NCBI GenBank assembly: GCA_015478665.1
Contig: JADMII010000004.1
Location: 80,586-144,585 of the forward strand
DNA: 64,000 bases
Reading direction: 5' to 3'
DNA from: Dehalococcoidia bacterium
GTDB taxonomy: Bacteria; Chloroflexota; Dehalococcoidia; DSTF01; JACRBR01
Part shown: one piece after another, positions 18,803-28,656 of the stretch
Position numbering within the stretch: the first letter of the stretch is position 1
Layout: every line of letters begins with the position of its first letter
Translations under genes and position numbers: made by a program
The notes under the pieces: model-generated
Databases searched by the model: none
The model's input: only the letters and a program-made list of their open reading frames with translations
What the model was told of the DNA's origin: nothing

Positions 18803-19252
18803 TTGGCTGCACCTGAGCCGCTCGCCGGCGTCCAATCGATCCTTGTCCCGGTCGATGGCTCGCCGGCCAGCATGAGCGCCGTCGCCCTCGCCTGCTCGAT
18901 CGCCCGGCGGAACAAGGGCAAGGTGTACGCTGTCCACGTGATCGAGGTGAAGCGCTCGCTGCCCCTAGACGCCGACCTTACCGCGGAGGCGTCGTCCGGC
19001 GAAGACGTCCTGACCCGCGCCGAACGCGTCGCCGCCGACGCCGACTTCCGGCTCGAGGGCGAGTTGCTCCAGGCGCGCGAGGCCGGCCACGCCATCGTCG
19101 ATGAGGCGATGGAGCGCAACGTCGACCTGATCCTGATGGGCGCCGAGCACAAGGCGCCGCTCGGCGAGTACCAGATGGGGCGGCTCACGCAGTACGTCCT
19201 GAAGGCGGCACCCTGCAACGTCTGGCTCTGGCGCCATCCGGTGCAGGAGTAG
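18803..19252 (+). CDS. Universal stress protein (UspA family)
   Basis: C-terminal 149 aa of the long track ORF; ILVPVDGSPAS...VDLILMG are Usp motifs; TTG start after GGGGGAG. Confidence 0.65.
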   Translation: MAAPEPLAGVQSILVPVDGSPASMSAVALACSIARRNKGKVYAVHVIEVKRSLPLDADLTAEASSGEDVLTRAERVAADADFRLEGELLQAREAGHAIVDEAMERNVDLILMGAEHKAPLGEYQMGRLTQYVLKAAPCNVWLWRHPVQE

Positions 19253-19267
19253 CGGCGTTAAGGTGCG

Positions 19268-19729
19268 ATGAGCATGCGAATCGTCATCATGGGCTGCGGC
19301 CGCGTCGGCGCCGCGCTCGCCTCCGAATACAGCCGCGAGGGCGCCGAGGTGACGATCCTCGACGTCGACCCCGCCGCCTTTCGCTTCCTCTCCGACGACT
19401 TCACTGGCACGAAGGTCGTCGGCAGCGGCATCGACCCGGACCTCCTCAAGAAGATGCACCTCGAGCGTGCCGACGCCTTCGTCAGCGCGACGCGCGGCGA
19501 CAACCGCAACGTCATGGCAGCGCAGATCGCCAAGTACGTCTACGGCGTCAAGGTCGTCGCGACGCGCGTCTTCGACCCGCTGCGCGAGGAGATGTACCGC
19601 AACATGGGCCTGCGGACGATCAACCCGACGCGCGTCCAGAGCAAGCGGCTGAAGCGCGTCATCGACGCCTCCTCGGACGAAGAGGCGAACGAGATGGCGC
19701 GCGAGTTCATGAAGCAGGATGGGTTTTAG
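19268..19729 (+). CDS. TrkA-N (NAD-binding) domain protein
   Basis: IVIMGCGRVGAALA Rossmann motif; 153 aa. Confidence 0.8.
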   Translation: MSMRIVIMGCGRVGAALASEYSREGAEVTILDVDPAAFRFLSDDFTGTKVVGSGIDPDLLKKMHLERADAFVSATRGDNRNVMAAQIAKYVYGVKVVATRVFDPLREEMYRNMGLRTINPTRVQSKRLKRVIDASSDEEANEMAREFMKQDGF

Positions 19730-19732
19730 CCC

Positions 19733-20413
19733 GTGTACATCATCGTCGTCGGCGGCGGCAAGGTCGGCTTCTACCTCGCGAAGGAACTCGTCGAGTCCAA
19801 CCACGAGGTGCTCGTGATCGAGCAGGACCCCGAAAAGGTGCGCGAGATCCAGGACGAGCTCGGCGACATCGTCATGGAGGGCGACGGCTGCGAGGCGACG
19901 CTGCTCGAGAAGGCGGGTACGGCGCGCGCCGATATGCTCCTCGCGGTGACCGGCGACGACGAGGACAACCTCATCGCCTGCCAGGTGGCGAAGCAGCGCT
20001 TCAACGTCGCCCGCACCGTGGCCCGCATCAACAATCCGAAGAACGAAGAGATCTTCCAGAAGCTCGACGTCGACATCACCGTCAGCGCCACCTCGGCGAT
20101 CATGGCGCACATCGAGCAGGAGCTGCCGACGCATCAGCTGATCCCGCTCATGCGCCTCAAGGGCAGCGGCCTGGAGATCGTCGAAGTGCGCATCCCGGAC
20201 GATTCGCGGGTGGTCGGCCGGCCGGTCAAGGAGATCCTGCTGCCGTACCAGTCGATGGTGGCGATCGTCATCGACGACGACGGCACCCCGAAGATGGCCT
20301 CCGGCGATACGGTGATCCGCGCCGGCGACGAGGTGGTCGCGGTGACGATGCACGAGAGCGAGGAAGCGCTTCGCGAGGCGCTGATGGCGCCGCCGCCCGC
20401 CCGCGCGTTCTAG
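19733..20413 (+). CDS. trkA: Trk-system potassium uptake protein TrkA (TrkA-N + TrkA-C)
   Basis: IIVVGGGKVGFYLA Rossmann motif plus a C-terminal TrkA-C domain. Confidence 0.85.
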   Translation: MYIIVVGGGKVGFYLAKELVESNHEVLVIEQDPEKVREIQDELGDIVMEGDGCEATLLEKAGTARADMLLAVTGDDEDNLIACQVAKQRFNVARTVARINNPKNEEIFQKLDVDITVSATSAIMAHIEQELPTHQLIPLMRLKGSGLEIVEVRIPDDSRVVGRPVKEILLPYQSMVAIVIDDDGTPKMASGDTVIRAGDEVVAVTMHESEEALREALMAPPPARAF

Positions 20414-21279
20414 TGAGCGCGGACCCGCCCCCGGCCGGGGTCGTCAGCGTCGCGTACCTGGGGCCGCCCGGCACGAACAGCGAGGTGGCGGCCGTGCGCG
20501 TCTTCCCGGCCGCCCGCCACGTCCCCTACTCCAGCGTCGCCGACGCCGTGCACGCGCTCGAGCGCGGCGAGGTCTCACGCGCCGTCGCCGCCATCGAGAA
20601 CAGCCTGCAAGGCAGCGTCACCGAGACGGTCGACCTGCTGATCCGCGACGACGGCATCGCGATCTGCGGCGAGCTCGTGCTCGACATCGAACACTGCCTG
20701 ATGGTGCGTCCAGGGGCGTCGCACGCCGGCATTGCGGTGATCTACTCACACCCGCAGTCGCTCGGCCAGTGCCGCGATTATCTGGAGCGCGCCTATCCCG
20801 GCGTGCCGACCGTCGCCGCGCTCTCGAACGCCGCCGCCGTCGCGGAGATGCTGCGCGTGCCCGGCTCGGCGGCGATCGCGCCGGCGCGCGCGGCCGAGAT
20901 CTACGGCGCCGAGATCGTCGGGTGCGGCATTCAGGATTCGCGCGTCAACCGCACGCGCTTCGTGGTGCTCGGGCGCGCGGGCGCGCCGGCGACGGGGCAC
21001 GACAAGACATCGATCGCCTTCGCCGTCGCGCACGACCGCCCCGGCACGCTCGTCAGCGTGCTGCACGAGTTCTCCGACCGGTCGATCAACCTGACGAAGA
21101 TCGAGTCCCGGCCGTCGCGGGAGGAGCTGGGCATCTACGTCTTCCTGCTCGACATCGAGGGCCACCGCGACGACCCACTCGTGGCGCAGGCGCTGGCCGC
21201 GGTGAAGGAGCAGGCCGACTTCTTCAGGGTCTTCGGCTCCTACCCCGCCTGGCAGCCGGAGCCATCTGCGCAGCCGTGA
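20413..21279 (+). CDS. pheA: Prephenate dehydratase
   Basis: PDT domain (TRF, ESRP motifs) and a C-terminal ACT domain; GTG start overlapping the trkA stop. Confidence 0.85.
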   Translation: MSADPPPAGVVSVAYLGPPGTNSEVAAVRVFPAARHVPYSSVADAVHALERGEVSRAVAAIENSLQGSVTETVDLLIRDDGIAICGELVLDIEHCLMVRPGASHAGIAVIYSHPQSLGQCRDYLERAYPGVPTVAALSNAAAVAEMLRVPGSAAIAPARAAEIYGAEIVGCGIQDSRVNRTRFVVLGRAGAPATGHDKTSIAFAVAHDRPGTLVSVLHEFSDRSINLTKIESRPSREELGIYVFLLDIEGHRDDPLVAQALAAVKEQADFFRVFGSYPAWQPEPSAQP

Positions 21280-21523
21280 TCAGGCGCGCTCGCCGGCGAC
21301 CAGACGTCACCGCTCGTGCCCATGCGTTCGGAGCAGTCGGTCGAATTCGTCGCGGATGATCGCGCAGCTCCGCACGACGCCGCGCCGAGGTCCACCCGCG
21401 CATACGCGTGCCAGTGGTCGGATCATGTGAAGCGCTGCGTCGGCTGAGCCCCGGCTCGGAGGGTGCTGAACAACGTGGATGCTCGCGCACGATTCCGAAT
21501 GTGATCCTGAGTTTGCCCGATCG

Positions 21524-21760
21524 TTATTCGGCACAGCCTTCTTGATCAGCAGCCCGCCGGGGCGCGTCGCCGTGCGACGGCACGTGGTCGTCGGGCGGCT
21601 GTGTGTCCCGGCCGGGGCCGGCGCTGGTCTGCGTGCGGCGCGTCGCCTGCGTGCGCTCGACGCGCCGGATGCGCTCGTCGACCATCGAGCGCAGGGCGAA
21701 CAACGAGGCGCGCGTCGCGTTGCGGGCGCCCTCGCGTGCTTCGGTGAGGTTGCGGATCAT
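21524..21760 (-). CDS. Small hypothetical protein (78 aa)
   Basis: An ATG preceded by GAGGAGGG at 7-nt spacing lies inside a long spurious track ORF; basic/hydrophilic sequence; no recognisable domain. Confidence 0.35.
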   Translation of the reverse strand: MIRNLTEAREGARNATRASLFALRSMVDERIRRVERTQATRRTQTSAGPGRDTQPPDDHVPSHGDAPRRAADQEGCAE

Positions 21761-22080
21761 GGTGCCCTCCTCTCGATCTTCATCATACGTCGCTCGTCTC
21801 GATCCTCCGATAGTCCTGGATCGTGCGGGCGCATAAAGACGTCCTCGGCTCGTGCCAGCGCTCGCGCGGCCTGCCGGGCCAGTTCCCCCGGCGCGGCGGC
21901 GCTGGCGCTCGGCCAGCCGACGTGCGCAGCGCTGACCGAAGACCCGGCGGCCGGCGCCGATGCCATCGAGTGTGACCTCTCCTCCCACCGCGGTGCAGAG
22001 GGGATACGCCGTCCGACGCGCTGCCTCCCCGTCACGCCAACCCCGGCCCCCGGTCCCCCGCGACCCGGCCACCCGGAAGA

Positions 22081-23016
22081 TCACCACCAGATGATGTCGT
22101 CGAGCTCCTCCTCCTCGTGCTCGGGCAGCGGGCGTGACCAGAGGTTGGTGTCGAGGTACTTCCAGCCGGAGTCCGCGAAGACGAGGACGATGTTCCCCTT
22201 CCCGATGCGCTCCGCGAACTTCAGGCCGGCGTGCAGCACGGCGCCCGACGACACGCCGCCGAAGATGCCCTCGCGCTGCATCAGCAGCCGCGCGCCGCGG
22301 AAGGCGTGCCCGCTGCGCACGAGGATCTTGCCATCGAGGAACGCCAGGTCGAGGATCGGCGGGATGAAGCCGTCGGCAAGGCTCTTCAGGCCCTGCAGTT
22401 GGTTGCCGGGGTGCGGCTCGACGGCGATCACCTTCGTCGCCGGATTCACTTCCTTCAGGCGCTCGCCGGTGCCCATCAGCGTGCCGCCCGTGCCGAGGCC
22501 GGCGACCAGCACGTCGACGGCGGGCACGTCCTCGAGGATCTCCGCACCGGTCCAGACGTAGTGGGCGCGGACGTTGTGGGGGTTCCGGAACTGGTCGAGC
22601 ATGAAGCCGCCGGCATCGTCGGCGAGCTGGCGTGCGGCGGCCATGGCGCCCGTCACGCCCGCCTCCGCCGGCACCCAGTGCACCTCCGCCCCGTACACCG
22701 CGAGCGCCCGCGGGATCTCCGGGTAGACGTTCTCCGGCATGACGATCTTCGCGCGATATCCCATCGCCTTGCCGATCATCGCCAGGGCGATGCCGGTGTT
22801 GCCGGTGCTCGCCTCGATCACCGTGTCGCCGGGGACGATGCGGCCGTCGCGTTCCGCATGCTGGAGCATGTGCTTGACGATGCGGTCCTTGATCGAGCCG
22901 GTGGGATTCCAGCCTTCGAGCTTCGCGAAGAGGCGCACGCCCGGCTTCGGCTGCAGGTGCGTGAGCTCGACCATCGGCGTCCGGCCGATCGTGTGGAGGA
23001 CGTGCAGGTGGTGCAT
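22081..23016 (-). CDS. cysK: Cysteine synthase (O-acetylserine sulfhydrylase), PLP-dependent
   Basis: PLP Lys motif PTGSIKDR and the glycine-rich loop GTGGT; an unusual acidic C-terminal tail ...PEHEEEELDDIIWW. Confidence 0.85.
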   Translation of the reverse strand: MHHLHVLHTIGRTPMVELTHLQPKPGVRLFAKLEGWNPTGSIKDRIVKHMLQHAERDGRIVPGDTVIEASTGNTGIALAMIGKAMGYRAKIVMPENVYPEIPRALAVYGAEVHWVPAEAGVTGAMAAARQLADDAGGFMLDQFRNPHNVRAHYVWTGAEILEDVPAVDVLVAGLGTGGTLMGTGERLKEVNPATKVIAVEPHPGNQLQGLKSLADGFIPPILDLAFLDGKILVRSGHAFRGARLLMQREGIFGGVSSGAVLHAGLKFAERIGKGNIVLVFADSGWKYLDTNLWSRPLPEHEEEELDDIIWW

Positions 23017-23157
23017 GTGCGCTCAGTATAGGCTCGATGCGTCGGGCCACTGGCTGTCCGCGCGCTGAGCGACGTCGATGGATCCCGGAAGGGCGCCGAG
23101 AGGCGAGCCACGCCGGCTCGCCCTTCGTCTGAACGTCTTGCTGCGGCCTGCGACCGC

Positions 23158-24012
23158 CTACATGCTGGTGCGCGCCATCTGGCGCAGGCGCTTGACTCGC
23201 TCCTCGATCGGCGGGTGCGTGCTGAACAGGTTCGAGAAGTTCTGCCCGCGCAGCCCGGCCAGCGGGTTGACGATGAACATGTGCGCCGCCGCCGGGTTTA
23301 CCTGCATCGGCCGCACCTGGACGCCGCGCTCGAGCTTCTCCAGCGCATCGGCCAGGGCCTCCGGGTCGTGCGTTGTGCGGGCGCCCGTCTTGTCCGCCTG
23401 GTATTCGCGCGTGCGCGAGATCGAGAGCTGGACGATCGTCGCCGCGATCGGCATCAGCACGATGGCGAGGAGCGCCAGCAGCCCGTTCTCGTTGTTGCGC
23501 CGGCCGCCGAAGAGCATGCCGAACATCATGCTCTGGGTGATCCAGGCGATGGCGCCGGCGAGGATCGCCGCGATCGCGCCGATGAGGATGTCGCGGTTGC
23601 CGACGTGGCCGAGCTCGTGAGCGATGACGCCGCGGAGCTCGCGGTCGTCGAGCAGGCTCATGATGCCCGTGGTCGCCGCCACGACGGCATGCTGCGGATT
23701 GCGGCCGGTGGCGAAGGCGTTCGGCGACGGGTTATCGACCACGTACACCTTCGGCTTCGGCAGGCTCGTCAGCGACGTCACTTCCTCGACGATGCGGTGC
23801 AGCCGCGGCTCCTGCTCCGGTGTCACCTCGCGCGCGCCCGCCATCCTCAGCGCCAGGGAATCCGACTTCCAGTAGGCGAAGAGATTGAATGCGGCGGCGA
23901 GGGCGACGAAGAAGATCAGCCCGGGCAGGCCGCCGAGAAACAGGTACCCCAACCCCGCCAGGAGGCCCGTCAGGACTCCCATCAGAAGCAGAGTTTTGGC
24001 CATGGCTCCCAT
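23158..24012 (-). CDS. htpX: M48 zinc metalloprotease HtpX
   Basis: HELGH zinc motif; 4 TM segments; typical HtpX length. Confidence 0.85.
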   Translation of the reverse strand: MGAMAKTLLLMGVLTGLLAGLGYLFLGGLPGLIFFVALAAAFNLFAYWKSDSLALRMAGAREVTPEQEPRLHRIVEEVTSLTSLPKPKVYVVDNPSPNAFATGRNPQHAVVAATTGIMSLLDDRELRGVIAHELGHVGNRDILIGAIAAILAGAIAWITQSMMFGMLFGGRRNNENGLLALLAIVLMPIAATIVQLSISRTREYQADKTGARTTHDPEALADALEKLERGVQVRPMQVNPAAAHMFIVNPLAGLRGQNFSNLFSTHPPIEERVKRLRQMARTSM

Positions 24013-24230
24013 AGTGTGTTCGTCTCGCTTTCTCTCGCAGGCCAGCGGACGCCGCCTGTCAGCCTCAGTTTAGCAGTTTGTCACGTCCGCTACTGATATC
24101 GATCTATCCGTCACGCGCTGCCTGCAGCGGCGGCCGCCCGCCTCAGGCGGGTCCGCGCGAGCGCGGGGCCACTCCGGCGCTCCAGATTCGCCCCCCCCCG
24201 GCCGCACCCGGCTGGCGTCGGCCCCCGGCC

Positions 24231-25526
24231 TCAGGTCAGTCGGGTCACGACGACCGACTCGATCTTGACGCCCTTCAGCTCCGAGACGGCGATCCGGTAG
24301 CCATCGACGGTGATGGTCTCGCCCTCCCGCGGGATGTGGCCGAGCTGCTCCAGCACGTATCCGGCGATCGTCTCGTAGTCGCCCGCGGGCAGGTCCAGGC
24401 CGATCTCCTCGCGCACGTCGTACACGCTCATGCCGCCGTCGACGCGCGTCGTCTTTTCGTCGATCGTGAGGAACTCCTCGTCGCCCGCCGCCAGCTCGTC
24501 GGCCACGCGGCCCACCATTTCTTCGAGCAGCAGCTCCACCGTGACGATGCCCGCCACGCCGCCGTACTCGTCGACGACGACCGCCATCTGCTGGTGCTGC
24601 GACTGCATCTCCCAGAACAGCTCGCTCACCAGCTTCGTCTCCGGCACGAAGAGCGCCGGGCGGATCATCCCGGCGATCGGCGACGCGTCGGTAACGCGGT
24701 GCTCGGCCAGGGCGCGCAATACGTCCTTGATGTTGATCGTGCCGACGACATTGTCGACGGTGTCGTCGTAGACGGGGAAGCGGGAGTGCGGCGCCTGGTC
24801 GAACGCCTCGTAGAACTCGCGCACGCTCTCGTCCTTCTCCAGCCAGGCGATCTCCGTGCGGGGGACCATGATCTCGCGCGCCCGCCGGTCATGGAAGTGG
24901 AAGACCCGGTCGAGGAGCTCCGCCTCGTCTTCGCCGACGGCGCCCTCTTCTGCGCTGATGTCGATCAGCATCCGCAACTCTGCCTCCGAGACCGTGTGGC
25001 GCTGTTCGGCGCTCGTGAAGAGGTTCGGGATGATCGCCAGCGCTACGGTGAGCGGCCGCATGACGCGCGCGAACAGCTCGACCGGTACAGCGACAAGCAG
25101 GGCGATGCGGTCGGCCGACCGCGAGGCGATGAGCTTCGGAGTGTACTCGCCGAACTCGGCCGAGATCAGCGGGATGGCGATCAGGCCGACGAGGTACCCC
25201 CAGCTGCCGAACCAGCGCACCGCCAGCACCGTCCCCGCAGTCGAGGCGAGGAAGATCGAGAGGTTCTGCAGCAGGACGATCAGCCCGAAGAAGATGTCCT
25301 GCTGCTGCTTCAGCCGGTCCACCGCCGCCGCGCGGTGGCTGCCGTGGTCGACCGCCGCTCGCAGGCGGATGCGGCTCGACGCGACGATCGCGATCTCGAT
25401 CGCGTTCACCGTCGCGTAGCCGGCGAGCCCGCCGACGAAGAGCGCGATCGCGAGCGGGACGGGGATGTCGAGCGAGGTGGTCTCGAGCAGGATCGGCGCG
25501 ACGCCGGAACCGGGGATGTCTAGCAT
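24231..25526 (-). CDS. Hemolysin/CNNM-family protein (DUF21 + CBS pair + CorC_HlyC)
   Basis: Internal ATG (MLDIPGSG...); N-terminal 4-TM DUF21, tandem CBS domains, and a C-terminal transporter-associated domain. Confidence 0.8.
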   Translation of the reverse strand: MLDIPGSGVAPILLETTSLDIPVPLAIALFVGGLAGYATVNAIEIAIVASSRIRLRAAVDHGSHRAAAVDRLKQQQDIFFGLIVLLQNLSIFLASTAGTVLAVRWFGSWGYLVGLIAIPLISAEFGEYTPKLIASRSADRIALLVAVPVELFARVMRPLTVALAIIPNLFTSAEQRHTVSEAELRMLIDISAEEGAVGEDEAELLDRVFHFHDRRAREIMVPRTEIAWLEKDESVREFYEAFDQAPHSRFPVYDDTVDNVVGTINIKDVLRALAEHRVTDASPIAGMIRPALFVPETKLVSELFWEMQSQHQQMAVVVDEYGGVAGIVTVELLLEEMVGRVADELAAGDEEFLTIDEKTTRVDGGMSVYDVREEIGLDLPAGDYETIAGYVLEQLGHIPREGETITVDGYRIAVSELKGVKIESVVVTRLT

Positions 25527-26032
25527 GCGTTGTGCGGACCCGCGCCGCATGGCCCGGGCGAACCTCGCCCGCTCGTGCCCTATCATAACGCACGCGGCCG
25601 GGTGCCCGGCGCATCGGCCGGCGCCAGCGCCCGCCTGTGGCGACGCCCGTGGCGAGCGCGATTCGACGGCTCGACTGCTCCGGCTCGTTGATCTCGTCCA
25701 GAAACATCCCGCTACAGCGACCTCCGTTCGAGCGAGCGGGATGTGCTGGACGAGTACAGTCGTTTGCGGCTGCGTCATGGCGCTGTTACCATGACCCTCG
25801 CGTGTCCAGCCGGACCGCGACCGACACCAGTACGCTGCAATTCTCCAGGAGGAGAGACGAGCAGGGCCTGGCTGTCAGCGCTCGCAATCGGCGAGTTCTG
25901 GCGGGGGCCTTTTGCGTTGTCACCAAAGCGATGGACGACTGTAGACAGACCGGCTTCACCTAGCGTCCCGGGCGCATGCATCGCCCGGGCATTCTCACCG
26001 TGCGCCTCACGCACGGCACCGGAGGAGAGAGA

Positions 26033-26449
26033 ATGCACGTAACGATCGATGGGTTCGGCGGAAACCCCGCACAGCTGGCTAACGAGCCCCTGGTCCGCGA
26101 ACTGCTCGACCGCTATCCGGGCGAAATCGGGATGACGAAGATCTCCGAGCCGCACGTCTTTGAGTACCACGGCGACAAGCCAGACGACTGGGGCGTCTCC
26201 GGCTTCGTCCTCATCGCCGAAAGCCACATCGCCATCCACACCTTCCCGGAACACCGCCAGGTCTGGGTCGATATCTTCTCCTGCAAGGGGTTCGATGCGC
26301 TCCCCGCCATCGACCGCATCGTCGATGCCTTCGCGCTCGAGAGCACGCGCATCAACACGCTCGAACGCGGCCTCGAGTACCCGCACGACGTGCAGGCGAG
26401 CGTTCCCCTGAACCGCAGCGAGCGCCGCGAGGTGACGCCGGTCGCCTAG
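26033..26449 (+). CDS. speH: S-adenosylmethionine decarboxylase proenzyme (small class 1 form)
   Basis: VLIAESHIAIHTFPE contains the Glu-Ser pyruvoyl-forming cleavage site; ATG preceded by GGAGGAGAGAGA. Confidence 0.8.
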   Translation: MHVTIDGFGGNPAQLANEPLVRELLDRYPGEIGMTKISEPHVFEYHGDKPDDWGVSGFVLIAESHIAIHTFPEHRQVWVDIFSCKGFDALPAIDRIVDAFALESTRINTLERGLEYPHDVQASVPLNRSERREVTPVA

Positions 26450-26806
26450 CGACGCCGGCCCGGGCGCGGCCCTCAGAACGGCCGCTCCGTCATCGGTCGC
26501 TCGCGCTGGCGCGCCGCTCGCCACGCGCGCCGCCTCATCGGCTACGCGCGGCGCTGACGTGTGCCACGACGCCGCGACAGCACCCCGTGCACAGCGCATC
26601 GAGCACCGGGGCGCGACCGGCCTCGGCCGGCCGACCACGGCGCATCGGCCGACTTCCGGTCTCCAGCCCCCATACCACGGCCCGGCGTCGGCGGCTCCGC
26701 TCGGCGCTTCCCCGCCCGCTCGCCGTCCGCACCGCGTCGCGCGTCTCACCTCCCACGTCTCCTCCGTCCTCCGCCCCCGGCCTCCATCGTCCAGCGTCGC
26801 AGCGCC

Positions 26807-26812
26807 TACAAT
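26807..26812 (+). promoter_or_regulatory. -10 box TACAAT placed 6 nt upstream of the ATG (leaderless-mRNA configuration)
   Basis: Sequence ...GCCTACAATATCCGCATG; there is no SD between the -10 element and the start codon. Confidence 0.3.
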
Positions 26813-26818
26813 ATCCGC

Positions 26819-27547
26819 ATGCCGATCATCACCATCTCCGGCAACCTCGGCAGCGGCGCGCGCGAGATCGCGCAGGACCTCGCGCGCGAGCTCGCGCTGG
26901 ACTACGTCGACCAGGAGATCCTCGTCGAGGCGGCGCGGCAGCTCGGTGTCAGCGTCGCCGTTGTCGAGCGTCAGGATGAACGCGCCCGCAGCTTGGCCGA
27001 GCGCCTGGGCATGCTCATGCGCACCCTGATGGAGCGCTCGGCCGTCGCCACCGACCCGATGTCGGGCGCCGGCCTCGATGTCGTGCTCGCTCGGACCTAC
27101 GGTGAGGCGGCGGAGCTGCCCGAAGGCGGCGACGAGCCGCTCAACGAGCAGCGGTACCTGGAAACGCTGACCTCCGTCATCCGCGGCATCGCTGTGCGCG
27201 GCAGCGTCGTCATCCTCGGCCGTGGCAGCCAGGCGATCCTCCGGGACGACCCGGCCGCGTTCCATGTCTACGTGCATGCCTCGCACGCCGCGCGCATCGC
27301 CATGCTGAGCGAGCGCGACCAGATGCCGCCGGCCGACGCGATGAAGCGGATCAAGGAGAGCGACCACAACCGCGCCGCCTTCCACCATCGCTTCTTCAAG
27401 GTCGATGCCGAATCGCCGGCGCTGTACGATCTCGTCGTCAACACGGAGCGCATCGCCGGCGCGCTCGCCGTCCGCCTGATCGCCCTGGCGGTCCGCGGAC
27501 GGCCAGCGCGCGCGCTCCAGGAGCCGACCGATGTACCTCAGCCCTGA
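26819..27547 (+). CDS. Cytidylate-kinase-like AAA-family protein
   Basis: P-loop ITISGNLGSGAREIAQ and the overall CMK-like family resemblance. Confidence 0.6.
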   Translation: MPIITISGNLGSGAREIAQDLARELALDYVDQEILVEAARQLGVSVAVVERQDERARSLAERLGMLMRTLMERSAVATDPMSGAGLDVVLARTYGEAAELPEGGDEPLNEQRYLETLTSVIRGIAVRGSVVILGRGSQAILRDDPAAFHVYVHASHAARIAMLSERDQMPPADAMKRIKESDHNRAAFHHRFFKVDAESPALYDLVVNTERIAGALAVRLIALAVRGRPARALQEPTDVPQP

Positions 27548-27884
27548 AGCCCAGCGCCTCTTGGATGACGTCCGCCGTTCCCACGGACGGCTGATCGAGC
27601 ACACGCACGCAGACGAGGCGCACCGCCGCGCCTTTCGCGCGATCTACGAGGCGCTCGAGTCGGCGCTCGGTGACGTCCCCGACGACCACCTCGATGCCCC
27701 GATCGACAGCGGCTGGTCGGCGGCGCGTGTCCTCGTGCACGTCGCGGAACACGACCAGCGCATCGAGGAGGCGACGCGGCGCGGCATCGAGCACATGATC
27801 GAGCACGGCCTCGAGCACGCGCGCACGCTCTGGCTCGCGCGCCTGCCGCACGACGCGCCGTCCGGCGGCAGCGCCGGATGCTGA
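27531..27884 (+). CDS. Hypothetical protein (DinB/YfiT-like helical bundle?)
   Basis: 117 aa, His-rich; overlaps the upstream gene by 17 nt and plsY by 7 nt, which argues for translational coupling. Confidence 0.4.
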   Translation: MYLSPEAQRLLDDVRRSHGRLIEHTHADEAHRRAFRAIYEALESALGDVPDDHLDAPIDSGWSAARVLVHVAEHDQRIEEATRRGIEHMIEHGLEHARTLWLARLPHDAPSGGSAGC

Positions 27885-28540
27885 CCAGCGCCGGTGTCAT
27901 CGCCGCCTCGTACGCGGTCGGTTCCGTGCCGGTCGCGTACGTCGTGGGACGTGCGCGCGGCGTGGACATCCGCGAGCGCGGCAGCGGCAACGTCGGCGCC
28001 TCGAACGTCTGGCAGAGCGTTTCGCGCACGCTTGTCGTGCCGGTCGGGCTGGCGCAGATCGGGCAGGGCTCTGCCGGCGTGCTGATCGCGCGCGCCGCCG
28101 GTGAGGGCACGGGCGTGCAGGTGGCTGCCGGCCTCGCGGCCGTCGTCGCCCACAACTGGAACCCCTGGCTGCGATGCCGCGGAGGCCGCGGCGTCGGCCC
28201 GGCGATCGGCGTCATCGGCGCCGTCTCGCCACCGGCGCTGGGCTCCTTCATCGTCATCGCGCTCGGCGGCGTGGCGCTGCGGGCGGTGCCGCAGGGCGTC
28301 GGCGCAGCGCTCGCCGGCGCGCCCGTCGCCGCTGCCGTCGCCGGCGAACCGCCTGCGGTCAGCGGCGGCCTCGCGCTGGTGGCGATCTTCGTGCTGCTGA
28401 AGCGGCTGCTCGGCAACGACGCGCCCGAGCCCCGGTACGCGCGCCCGCAGGTCTGGCTCACCCGTCTGCTGTACGACCGCGACGACCGCGACCGCGACGC
28501 CTGGGTGCGCCGCAACCTCGACGCCTCGCCACGCCGCTGA
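27878..28540 (+). CDS. plsY: Glycerol-3-phosphate acyltransferase PlsY
   Basis: GSGNVGASN motif and the multi-TM topology. Confidence 0.8.
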   Translation: MLTSAGVIAASYAVGSVPVAYVVGRARGVDIRERGSGNVGASNVWQSVSRTLVVPVGLAQIGQGSAGVLIARAAGEGTGVQVAAGLAAVVAHNWNPWLRCRGGRGVGPAIGVIGAVSPPALGSFIVIALGGVALRAVPQGVGAALAGAPVAAAVAGEPPAVSGGLALVAIFVLLKRLLGNDAPEPRYARPQVWLTRLLYDRDDRDRDAWVRRNLDASPRR

Positions 28541-28656
28541 CGTCGGCCAGGTCGCTGCGGCTGCGCCCGGTACACCTGCGCGCTGCGCCTGCGATGCTGC
28601 GTTGCAGGCGGCATGACGATCGTTCATCGTCCGCCCTTCGGGTGTACCCTGAACGT

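Noticed and set aside
18965-20353. 462-aa minus-strand ORF across the trkA genes
   Set aside because: Antisense artefact; D/R/A/L-rich; both trkA genes have Rossmann motifs and proper RBS
21757-22035. 92-aa minus-strand ORF immediately downstream of cysK
   Set aside because: A/S/R-rich with no RBS; it overlaps the better-supported 78-aa ORF start; kept only as a note that its last 9 codons (MMKIERRAP) form a possible uORF
21524-23050. 508-aa minus-strand ORF overlapping cysK in another frame
   Set aside because: R/G/A/D/H-rich artefact; only its final 78 codons, which have their own strong RBS, were kept as a tentative small CDS
25775-27604. 609-aa minus-strand ORF antisense to the AdoMetDC and CMK-like genes
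   Set aside because: Antisense low-complexity translation; the plus-strand genes carry recognisable motifs
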